DNA from: Amphiscolops sp. MND2022
Lineage: Eukaryota
Assembly (NCBI GenBank): GCA_964187785.1
Contig: OZ076409.1
Span: 30,878,001-30,938,000, forward strand
Direction: 5' to 3'
Length of the DNA stretch: 60,000 nt
The stretch's first letter is position 1, and the number at the start of each line of letters is the position of its first letter. This document shows positions 50,819 to 60,000 of this stretch, in pieces. The translations under genes were made by a program, and so were the position numbers. The notes under the pieces are model-generated. The model worked only from the letters and a program-made list of their open reading frames with translations. It ran no database searches and was not told the origin of the DNA.

Positions 50819-52816
50819 ATGGCAGAAGAAAACAAAATTGAAGTACCGAATTTCGAAGCCACATCAGACGGAAAAAGAATTTTCACTCCGAGACAATGGC
50901 TCGAAAGATTTCGACAATACACCAAAAGAAAACACAAAATGGATATAACCGAATTAATACGGGGAGCTGAAATAACACAAACCGGTTGGTCCGCAAAAGA
51001 AGCAGAAATCCAAGAAGACTTTATATGGGGAATTGGCCCCGAAGCCTTATATCAAATGACGCGAGCGGAATACAAAACAGAACCCGACAAAATAGCGATA
51101 AAAGACCTTATCCGACTATTCAATGAATACTTCTTACCGAAGCGGAACACTTATCATAACCGCGGGGAATTCTTCTGGACAAGACAAACCAAACCCGAGA
51201 CACCGGAAGACTTCTGGCGGAGACTCATAGAAATAGAAAAAGAATGCGCATTCGAAGGAATAACAGCCGAAGACTTATTAATTTCAAAATTCATGACCGC
51301 AATTACGGATACAAAACTCCGGGATAAATTGATGAAAGAGAAAAAGCTCGAACTGAAGAAAACAATCGAAATGATCAAACAAAACACATACGAAAGGAAA
51401 ATTCGGAAAAATACTATACCGGAAGCACTGATACCACACCGAGAAAAAGAAATTAAAGAAGAGCCAATACAAAGAATGGAAAGGTCAGACACAAGACCGA
51501 AGAATAAATTCACCAGCAAAAAACCATGTAAATTCTGTAACGCACCAAATTGGAACCCCAACCATAAATGTCCGGCATTGGGAAAACTTTGCAATAACTG
51601 CGGAAGGAAAGGACACTTCGCACGTGTATGCAGACAGAGAGAAAATTACAAACGCAAAGTACCAAACATCACCGAAGAAAAGTCAGAGACAATTGGAGAA
51701 GAATCCGACGAATCAGAGACGAGTATACATCGAATCGAGAGATTAAATAGAATCACTGATAGAAACAAATATCTGACAGCAACAGTAAAAGTGAACTTTA
51801 TCGAAAAGGATTTTATAGTGGATACCGGATCACCAATTTCGATAATGCCCGTAGATGAGAACATAATGAAACGAACCGAGATACAGAAAGTGAAACACCG
51901 ATACCAAAATGTGGACAAAAATGAAGTCAAATTCCGGGGAAAAATACCGGCTGATATCGAATACGAAAATAACAAACAAAAACTGGAAATTTTGATTACC
52001 GAAAGAAACGATATCACACCATTACTCGAAATGGATTGGATGAAACAATTTAAACTAACGATCGGAAGTATCCGGATACAAGATAATAGCCAATCGGAGA
52101 AGAAACGAATAATCGAAAAATTTCCGGTTCTATTCAAAAATAACACCAGGATAAAGGATACCGAGATAAATATCCAACTAAAACCGGGTCACTATCCGGT
52201 GAAACAAAAAGCAAGACCCATTCCACTACACCTACAAGAAGATGTCGGGAGAGAATTGGAGAAACTAATAAAAACAGGACACTTGGAGAAAGTGGAGCAT
52301 GTAGATGAAGACTGTTTTGTTTCACCGGTGGTAATTACGGTAAAGAGCGACAAGTCGGTTAAAATTGCATTAGATTCGAGAAAACTGAATGACAGCTGTA
52401 TTAAAATCCGACCACACATGCCGAACATGGAAGAGTTACTAAACCAAATTTCGGTAGAGATCACAAGAGACCGAACGAAAGAACTAATGATGTCGAACAT
52501 TGATCTTGACTACGCATATGGCCAGATGAAATTTTCAAAAGAAACAAGCCGACATTGTGTATTCGCAATAACGGGAGGAAAGTTTAGCGGATATTACCGA
52601 TTCAAAAAGGGATTTTACGGTTTGGCCGACATCCCAACAATATTCCAAGAAAAAATTGACCGAACATTGGAATATTCTACACCAGCATGGCTTGACGATA
52701 TAATTGTAGTAACTAGAGGCGACCGAAAAAAGCACGAAAACAAATTGTTCGATGTATTAAAGAAACTAGAAGATGCAGGATACCGAGCAAGTGAGAAAAA
52801 TCTGAATTCTTTCTAA
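50819..52816 (+). CDS. gag-protease-RT part of the polyprotein (frameshift at the 3' end)
   Basis: Two knuckles CKFC..HKC and CNNCGRKGHFARVC; FIVDTGS protease; IALDSRKLN, IDLDYAYGQ, WLDD RT motifs. Confidence 0.92.
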   Translation: MAEENKIEVPNFEATSDGKRIFTPRQWLERFRQYTKRKHKMDITELIRGAEITQTGWSAKEAEIQEDFIWGIGPEALYQMTRAEYKTEPDKIAIKDLIRLFNEYFLPKRNTYHNRGEFFWTRQTKPETPEDFWRRLIEIEKECAFEGITAEDLLISKFMTAITDTKLRDKLMKEKKLELKKTIEMIKQNTYERKIRKNTIPEALIPHREKEIKEEPIQRMERSDTRPKNKFTSKKPCKFCNAPNWNPNHKCPALGKLCNNCGRKGHFARVCRQRENYKRKVPNITEEKSETIGEESDESETSIHRIERLNRITDRNKYLTATVKVNFIEKDFIVDTGSPISIMPVDENIMKRTEIQKVKHRYQNVDKNEVKFRGKIPADIEYENNKQKLEILITERNDITPLLEMDWMKQFKLTIGSIRIQDNSQSEKKRIIEKFPVLFKNNTRIKDTEINIQLKPGHYPVKQKARPIPLHLQEDVGRELEKLIKTGHLEKVEHVDEDCFVSPVVITVKSDKSVKIALDSRKLNDSCIKIRPHMPNMEELLNQISVEITRDRTKELMMSNIDLDYAYGQMKFSKETSRHCVFAITGGKFSGYYRFKKGFYGLADIPTIFQEKIDRTLEYSTPAWLDDIIVVTRGDRKKHENKLFDVLKKLEDAGYRASEKNLNSF

Positions 52817-52980
52817 ACAGAAAATGGCTCGGACACGAAATTGACGAAACGGGTATCAAACCGAACAAAGAAAAAGTAAACGCAATACTGGATTTGAAAC
52901 ACCCGGAAAATCAAAAACAACTGAAGTCATTTCTCGGCGCGATACAATACCTCGCAAAGTTCCTACCGAGATTATCGGAA

Positions 52981-53436
52981 AACAAGCCGAGAACGGCCAA
53001 AGTCGGCGCCATATCTAAGGCTCAAAATTTAAAAGGGACATGAAAAAATTTCCCGAAAAGAAAATTTTAATGAGATTTTTAAACAGTGTCACAGTGCCGA
53101 AAAATGTAAAAGGGGGACCCTTTGCGATTTTTGACATCCATTGTGTTGCAAAATGTCGAAACAAATGAAGGGGGGACCCTCTGATGCAATCCAAAAAACT
53201 TCAAAAAAGTCGCATAGTGCCGAAAAAAAGTGGGGCTAAGGTGGGATCTTTGGACGTCTGTTTTGTTTTTTCTTCTCGTTTTGGACGCGCTTCTGAGGTT
53301 GGAGTTGTTGGGGTTTGAAGTTGTTGAGGTTTGAAGTTGTTGAACAAATGAACAAAAAAGTGGACCTTACGCGTCTAAAAAAAACTACCCACTGTAATAG
53401 TCGGGCACATTTTCTTCTAAAATGCGCCGACTAAAA
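52981..53436 (-). mobile_element. Helentron-like non-autonomous element inserted in pol
   Basis: Reverse complement of the family termini. Removing it rejoins FLPRLSE to KTEKLRRLL within an A-run, with no TSD. Confidence 0.85.
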
Positions 53437-56286
53437 ACAGAAAAACTCCGAAGACTATTGAAAAAGGATTCGGTATGGAACTGGGGAAAAGAACAAGACG
53501 AAGATTTCAACAAAATAAAAGAAATGTTAACCGAAGAACCCTGCTCAGCTCACTATGCGAAAGACAGAGAAAATATTGTTACAACCGACGCAAGCAGAAC
53601 CGGACTCGGAATAACACTATGGCAGAAACAATCGGATGGAGAAATAAAACCGATAGCATTCGGTAGCAGATACTTAAACGACACCGAGAAGAATTATTCA
53701 ATTGGAGAACTAGAATTACTTGCAGTTGTTTGGGGATTAGAGAAATTCCGATTTTATCTATACGGAAAGAAAGTTTACTTATATACCGACCACCAAGCTC
53801 TTGAACCTTTAATTAAAAGAAATCGGTGTAATAGACAATACAGCGCAAGACTAACTAGATGGTTAGACCGACTCGCACACTTTGATATCGCCGTCCAGCA
53901 TATCGCAGGAAGTAATTTAAATTTTACCGACTTTCTTAGTAGAAATCCGGTAGAGAAAGCAACGAACGAAGACGTATACGATGAGCAATACATAATTAAC
54001 ATCCTTTCAGAACAAGCCGAACTAAACGTGAAATACGGAACATTATTCGCCGACCAATCAAAAAGCGCGCCGGAAAGAACAAAAAGAACCGAAAAGAAAT
54101 AAAACAACCAATCACATCAAAATAGAACATTCGAGAAAAACCGAGACGTGAACGAAAATTACGAACGAACGAAAAGCGCATCGACCAAACGCCGACAAAA
54201 AGTTAAAACGGAAAGTTCAATCCGAAATTCAAACTCAAATTGTATTCAAAGTTCCAAACGTTTAAAAGAATTACCTTTGTTTAAGAACGAAATGGACCGA
54301 GATTACTTCCATTGGGGCGCAACCGCCGAAATCATGGAAATTATAAGAAAACGAAGAAAAAGCCCTGAAACCTTTCGACTGGTGGAAAGAAGATTGGAAA
54401 TCTCCCGACCTGGAACAATGCGCCGAAAGTTCGACATGAACGCGCAGAGACAAATTTGGGTCACATCAAGACCGAACAAGAGAAGTCGCGAAGAAATTGC
54501 GGAGATTGATGGGGAACTACTGAATAGAGCAAACCGATTCGGCGGGGGATACCAACCTCTTGAAGAACAAGCGGGAGAACAACAAGAACCCCAACAACAA
54601 CAACCGGAAACCATTGAGGACACCGAACAAGAAAGCGAAGGAGAGAGTCAAGTGATTCGGGGTGACAACTTCCCCATCGTCGACCTGAAATCGTACAACA
54701 CAGACGGGAAAGAGATACAATTTATACACATCAACCAGTTCATAGAGAAAATCACCGGCGAGAAGAAGGGTACCGAAGACACTATCAAGAGAGCCGAGTT
54801 TAACTTCATGTTAGACTTAAAAACACTCATCGCAAAATCCTCGACGGACGCTGAATTAAACCGAGTACGAGATGCAATGCGAAGAGGCGAGAAAAACACG
54901 CCCCCCGATCAATACCGAAACGTGTTCGAAAAGCTGAACAATAGATGGGGATTGACATTCAACGACGATCGTATAGTAGTACCAACCGAACTACGGAAGA
55001 AACTGCTAGACACATTACATTTCGGGCATGCCGGAGCTACCAAGATGACAGCGGAAGCCAAAATCTTTTGGTGGCCGAACATGCTGAAAGAAATTGAAGA
55101 TAAAACCAAAAACTGTCTGGCCTGTCATCGGGTAAGGACTTGATATACCAATTACCGAAAAATGAATTCGGAAAGTAAAAAACATTAACGGAACCGGGAC
55201 AAGAAATACAAATCGATTTCTCCGGCAAACTAAATAACAAAAAAATTAAACGGAGAACACCAAATAATAATTGCTATAGATAGGTTTAGTAAATGGCCAA
55301 CCGCGAAAATTTGCAAATCGTCGGAAACCAAGGAAGTAAAAAATTTCCTGAAACAGAATTTCAATTTATACGGACTACCCGAAAAAATAAAAACGGATAA
55401 AGGGGGAGCGTTTATATCGAAAGAATATAAAGAATTTTGCAACGGAAAAAACATCGAAATCGAATACAGTACACCGAGAATGCATACCGGTACAGGAGCG
55501 GTAGAACGCGCAATACAAACATCGAAGAATTTAATCATAGCAAACTTGGAAGACAACATATGTCTAACCGAATGCGTAATGAGAGCGCTAAACGTACTGC
55601 GGTTTACAATACACACGGGACTAAAAACGAGACCGTTTGAACTACTTCACGGTCGGAAACCACGAACCGAATTAGCAAACATAATTAAAGACGGAAGATC
55701 CTTTCTCTCTAACTGGCGTGAAATACCTGTTTTAGCAAACAACCGTCCAAAGATACCGATCTACGTAGCCAGAAATGGTGATGGAGAGGTATCCAAACAC
55801 ATTATCGTGGCCCGAACAAAATCGGAAGAGAAGGCACAAACCGAAAAATTACCGAAGAAGAAAAATTCGGTTGGTAAATACCCTTTTCAATTCTTCGAAA
55901 AGAATCACAATAAAAAATCACTAGAAGGTAGATCTCAGAAAAACATACAAATCGCGGTGAACGGCACAGAACATACCATGATTACCGATACCGGAAAAAT
56001 AATTCACCGAAAATTCATTTCGGACCCAATTGTATTTCAGAAAGAAAGAAAGACAGCACCTAAGATCGCAGATACTATCACCCCTAAGAACCGACATTGC
56101 CTTAGGGGAGTAGATGGCAAATACCTCCAATGGAATGAAATCCTCAGGGATGTACTAAACAGAAATCTGAAGATAGTACAAAACCAGCGAACCGAATCCG
56201 ATTCCGAAAGTGAGGAGGGTGAAATAGAAGATGAAGAAAGCGACTTCGAAAATCGCGACACCTCCAAAAAAGACGGTCGATATTAA
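53437..56286 (+). pseudogene. pol: RNase H-integrase part of pol, frameshifted
   Basis: TTDAS, NYSIGELELLAVVWG, YTDHQAL (RNase H); LHFGHAG...CLAC, AIDRFSKW, KTDKG, GAVER (integrase). Confidence 0.92.
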
Positions 56287-56628
56287 CCAATTACAACATC
56301 TCCCGAAGATGAGCTAAACCTACACACGGACGGTGAGATCAATACGGGTGAGAAACAATCAAATAATAAAACGACCGAAAACGAAAAATTAAGACGGTCC
56401 AACCGTGAAAGCAAACAACCGAGTAGATATGGGGGTATTACCTATACAAAAATTGTTTGGGTATAAATCAAAAGAAAAATGAATTGTTATAGGCAGTACA
56501 ACCGATAACTGGACGAGCCGAAAGGAAGCCCCCAAGCCACTGACGAAGCCTGCGGACTTTATCAGAGAGAAGACTCCAACACCCGGAACATCGAAGCAGT
56601 AACCGAAGAAGATCCAGAAGGGAGGAAA

Positions 56629-56875
56629 TGTTATACGGTACACATACCGGACCGATATTTCGGTGACGTTGTCAATCAAAAACCCAAACCTTTTATAGAA
56701 CTATCTAGATTATGTTTGTACATGTTGGTAAACATACCGTCCTAGTCACTTCTTGAGACTACATCATTTAGTACAAAACTTTAGATAGGGAAAAGACTGT
56801 TTTGTGATACTCTTATATTAAAGAGAGATTTTAGATAAAACCTTTGTTTTCTTATTCGAACCAAGAAATAGAACA
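56629..56875 (+). repeat. 3' LTR
   Basis: Direct repeat of 50523-50769, preceded by a polypurine tract. Confidence 0.95.
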
Positions 56876-57396
56876 GGGAAAAAGTGGCCTCAAACTAAAA
56901 CTTGAAAAACGGAAAAACTGGACTCTATTTTTTTGATTTGTTGGTCCCGTTTTCTCACTTTCGGAGACATCAAGACAATCTTCGGTGAAAAGGCGAGCAA
57001 TGCTATGTAAAATCGTCTGAAAATCTTATTCACGAATTTTCGTTACCATACGGTCAACTGGTGCCTTCAGAATATTGCAGAAAGCTGGTACGAAATCGTA
57101 CCGTCGTCCATTTAGGGTTAACTTGTATATAACGTTGGGGATTTCTTTTACCGAAAAACAACAATCCTTGCAAGGATCTTAGCAGTTGGCCCATAACTTG
57201 CAATTATCAAACTTCAGTGGGAGAAAGATCTTAAAGAAATGCTTCAAAATCCTCGCAAGAAAACCTATCTCCTCCAACCAGGGATTCTTCGACTCATTTC
57301 TAAGCGTAATTGCTATTTGTCCCTGCAATAAACTCCCTTTAACCACACCAGCCCAATGAGTTCAGGAGTTTCTGCAGTACAAGTGGCAGTCAAATA

Positions 57397-58991
57397 TGGT
57401 AGACTGGGGTGAATAGAACATGGGGTGAGTTGGTATATGCGAGTGGATTATATTTAAATAAGCAATTACATGTAATCGAGACCTGCGAACAGCTTTTAAA
57501 GCAAATAAATGTAATTCTACTGTATTTAGTGTGGACTCAGTGGGGGCTTCCCACGAAGCAGAATATTCACTAAGCCGAAAAAAACGAAAGTATTCACTAA
57601 GCCGAAAAAACGAAAGTATTCACTGAGCCGAAAATTACGTAGCACTGTATAATTCTTTGCAATCTGATTGGCTGACGCGGGCGGACCAGAACGAAGTCCG
57701 TTCAGAAATTTTTTTTTTTAAATGAAATTTTCAATTTCCCCCAGCTATGTTCACATACTCCTAGTGCCCTAAATGCAGGAGCGAAGCGAAGCGGAGCGAC
57801 GTGCCATTTGTTCATGCCTGAATGTTGCTACCTGGCGAAGGGAGCGAAGCGACCGAGCCATACAACAAATATTCTAACCTATTCAAATAAATCGAGTTCC
57901 ATACATATTGGCTGTAACAGTATACATTTCATTGTATTTTTCGGCTTAGTGAATACTTTCAACTTTTCGGCTTAGTGAATATTCTGCTTCGTGACACGCC
58001 ACCGACTCAGTGTACACGTATTATATACTCTGAAAGCTGAAAGAAAACCGATCGGTTCTTATGGTCCTGAGCTCTTGGAAGAAGCTGTGAAATTGATCGG
58101 CGAATGAAATATGCCGTTCGAGAATACAAAATACCCCGTACAACACTCGAACGCCATCTTCGATCTGCTGGGGTTCCCTTATTAAAGACGGGAGTGCAAA
58201 CAATTATTACGCAAGAGCAATAAAATGTTCTAAGAGAGAATTCTTTGTCGCTTGTCGGGGCTTTCCGATAACTATATTTCAGTTACGTGAAATAGCACTA
58301 CGGTTTGCAAATACGTTAAGTCGCCGAAAAAAACTTCAGAAGCAAATACCCGATTGTTGGAAAAATGAAGGAGCAGCAAGTTATAATTGGTGCGATTGTT
58401 TTCGGAAGCGTCACAGTTGTTTGGCTTTAGGTGTGGCAGGGCAGAAAATATATATCAGCCGCAAGAGCCCAAGCCTTCAATAAAGATAGAATTGATCGTT
58501 TTTTTTTGCTGATTTTGAAGACGTTTTGGTCAAAGTAGACACAACTGACAAGCCTACTCTTATTTATAATTGCGATGAAATTGGATTGTCTACAGTTCCT
58601 GCTAAGGGGCGGATTGTTCTTGCTCAAAAAGGCAAAAACAAGTGTCCCAAATTCATGTCGGCGAACTAGGAGTTCTAACAAGTATTTTGCCTTGTTGCAT
58701 AGCCTGTGGTGATTTTATTCCGCCTTTTATAATTTTCAAAGGTCCCAATACACCCGACATCAAAGATTTCCCAGCCAATGCGGCCCTTCATGTGACATCG
58801 ATAAAGAAACAATTTTTGAATTTTTGAAGCATAACATTTGATCTTGTGTTCTGGTTTTGGATGGCCATGGGTCTCACTTTTCAATTGAGACAATTGAATA
58901 CGCACTCAATAACGAAATTGAACTGGTTTGCCTGCCTCCCCACGCTATAGCTGGATCGCAGACTTGCATTCCAACTCACCCCAGTTTACCC
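57397..58991 (+). mobile_element. pogo/Tigger-like (Tc1/mariner, DDE_1) transposon, degenerate
   Basis: TA|TGGTAGACTGGGGTGA ... TCACCCCAGTTTACCC|TA. Transposase remnants YKIPRTTLERH, YNCDEIG, CIACGDFIPPFIIFKG, DGHGSH, LVCLPPH (~58030-58945). Confidence 0.85.
57542..58003. mobile_element. MITE with long TIRs and 8-bp TSD, nested in the pogo-like element
   Basis: CACGAAGCAGAATATTCACTAAGCCGAAAA and its exact reverse complement ending at 57993; subterminal repeats; perfect TSD GACTCAGT (57534-57541, 58004-58011). Confidence 0.85.
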
Positions 58992-59166
58992 TATGTATCT
59001 ATATTAGCTTATAAGCTCAAACATGAATTCAAAAGACTTGAAAGCCGCGACTTGTTTCTGAATCACTGCGTTGGTGTGACTCAAAAGAGCGAATTTACCA
59101 CGAATTATGTTGAATGTTTCCAGGCACAACTAAACTGTACATATATTTCATGTATTCTTTTCACAG

Positions 59167-59262
59167 AAACAGCGAGGAGATGACGATGACGAAGATGAAG
59201 AAGATGACATCGAAGCTGCTCTGGCCGAAGAGTTTGAGGAGGAGGAAGCTGAAGAAGAAGAA
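59167..59262 (+). CDS. AK9: Adenylate kinase 9-like, acidic exon
   Basis: TTCACAG|KQRGDDDDEDEEDDIEAALAEEFEEEEAEEEE|GTGAG; 96 nt. Confidence 0.8.
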
Positions 59263-59360
59263 GTGAGCAGCTCTCGTTCTAGTTCTTTGTATATGTCAAC
59301 GATTCCATGCTCTTTATCAACTTATTGTTTTTTTTCAACTAGAGAAAGTGTAAAAGTTAA

Positions 59361-59832
59361 TTTTTAGTAGGCTTTTTTTCGTAAGAAAAAGATCTAAAGA
59401 TCATTCACAGGAGCCAAAATGTCCCCCTTTGAATCATTTACCTCCAACTTTGAACTTGAAAAACTGCATGAGACCAAAGGTCCTTTGTTGGGTATTTGAA
59501 TGCACTGTGAGGAATGTTGCATTGATGGAATGTTTTAATCAGATGTTCAACCATTTAATCGTCAACAAAATTTTAGCCAATATTTAACTATTGTGTGTTG
59601 TTTTATCGAGTGTGGAAAATGAGGGCTTGAAATTCGGCAAAACTTTCGCGTTCGGAAATCTTCTTTAATTTTGCATTTTTCCACTGATGTTTTTTTCAGT
59701 GAATAACAGTTGTAAAAATTGGCTGAAAACTGAAATTTCAAAATGTTTTCAAAAACAGCTTTAGCATATTTAAGAGACTTCGCTTTTTTGAGCCTTAGAT
59801 GGGGGGCGACTTGAGACGTTCTCGTCTTGTTT
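59361..59832 (+). mobile_element. Diverged Helentron-like element
   Basis: TTTTTAGTAGGC... start; GGGCGACTTGAGACGTTCTCGTCTTGTT end. Confidence 0.6.
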
Positions 59833-59875
59833 CCCATGAGCCGGATGCAAATAAAATATTGTTGCTGAATTTAAG

Positions 59876-60000
59876 GACGAAGAGCAAGAAGCAGATGCGG
59901 TAGAGCGAATCAAAGGTGAAATTTCTGAGAGGTACGAGGACGAGAGCAACAAACTGCAGGGGGTGGTTGAAGCATTGGATGAGTTCATGATTCCCAAACT
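59876..60000 (+). CDS. AK9: Adenylate kinase 9-like, exon (runs off the window)
   Basis: TAAG|DEEQEADAVERIKGEISERYEDESNKLQGVVEALDEFMIPK, resembling the AK9 EEQE.DA.ER..GE....E.D region as recalled. Confidence 0.82.

Larger units (their letters stand above)
50523..56875 (+). mobile_element. Full-length Ty3/Gypsy (Mag-like) LTR retrotransposon
   Basis: 247-bp LTRs (50523-50769, 56629-56875) with 5 mismatches; TSD GGGAT/GGGAA; PBS TGGCGCAGTCAG; PPT AGAAGGGAGGAAA; gag-pol domains. Confidence 0.95.
50233..57117. mobile_element. piggyBac-like MITE (~0.53 kb) hosting a Gypsy insertion
   Basis: TTAA|CCCTAAATGGAC ... GTCCATTTAGGG|TTAA: 12-bp perfect TIR and TTAA TSD. The body is homologous to ~14740-15601. 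Confidence 0.85.

Noticed and set aside
51154..56267. Many minus-strand ORFs over the second Gypsy element
   Set aside because: They are shadows of the A-rich gag-pol strand, with no motifs or splice support.
1..60000. tRNA/rRNA genes and a species assignment
   Set aside because: Only PBS-length tRNA complements were seen. The species cannot be established from the sequence alone.

Overview
Eukaryotic (invertebrate animal-like, AT-rich, spliceosomal) genomic DNA dominated by nested mobile elements. The only host gene is an adenylate kinase 9-like gene: 8 internal exons on + from 41690 to the window end, with the first ~41.7 kb probably one giant intron. In order: (1) a decayed Polinton/Maverick (ATPase, integrase, minor and major capsid remnants, minus strand, ~1.1-6.6 kb). 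(2) A ~10-kb mosaic tandem array built from Helentron-like, piggyBac-like and hAT fragments. (3) A hAT transposon (16509-41163) split by a 22.8-kb envelope-carrying Ty3/Gypsy LTR element (17867-40706, perfect CTATA TSD). Its gag-pro block is quadruplicated, and between pol and an F-type env it carries antisense accessory genes. One is an apparently spliced gene combining an integrase-type zinc finger with an OTU-like cysteine protease; the other is a small Cys-rich membrane protein. (4) BEL/Pao remnants, a Mutator-like foldback MITE, a younger Mag-like Gypsy element inside a piggyBac-like MITE, and a pogo-like element holding another MITE. A Helentron/DINE-1-like non-autonomous family with a covarying 3' hairpin is inserted throughout. 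The best candidate for a new system is the env-bearing retroelement with its antisense OTU-like and membrane-protein cargo. All domain calls are by-eye motif recognition, not database searches.
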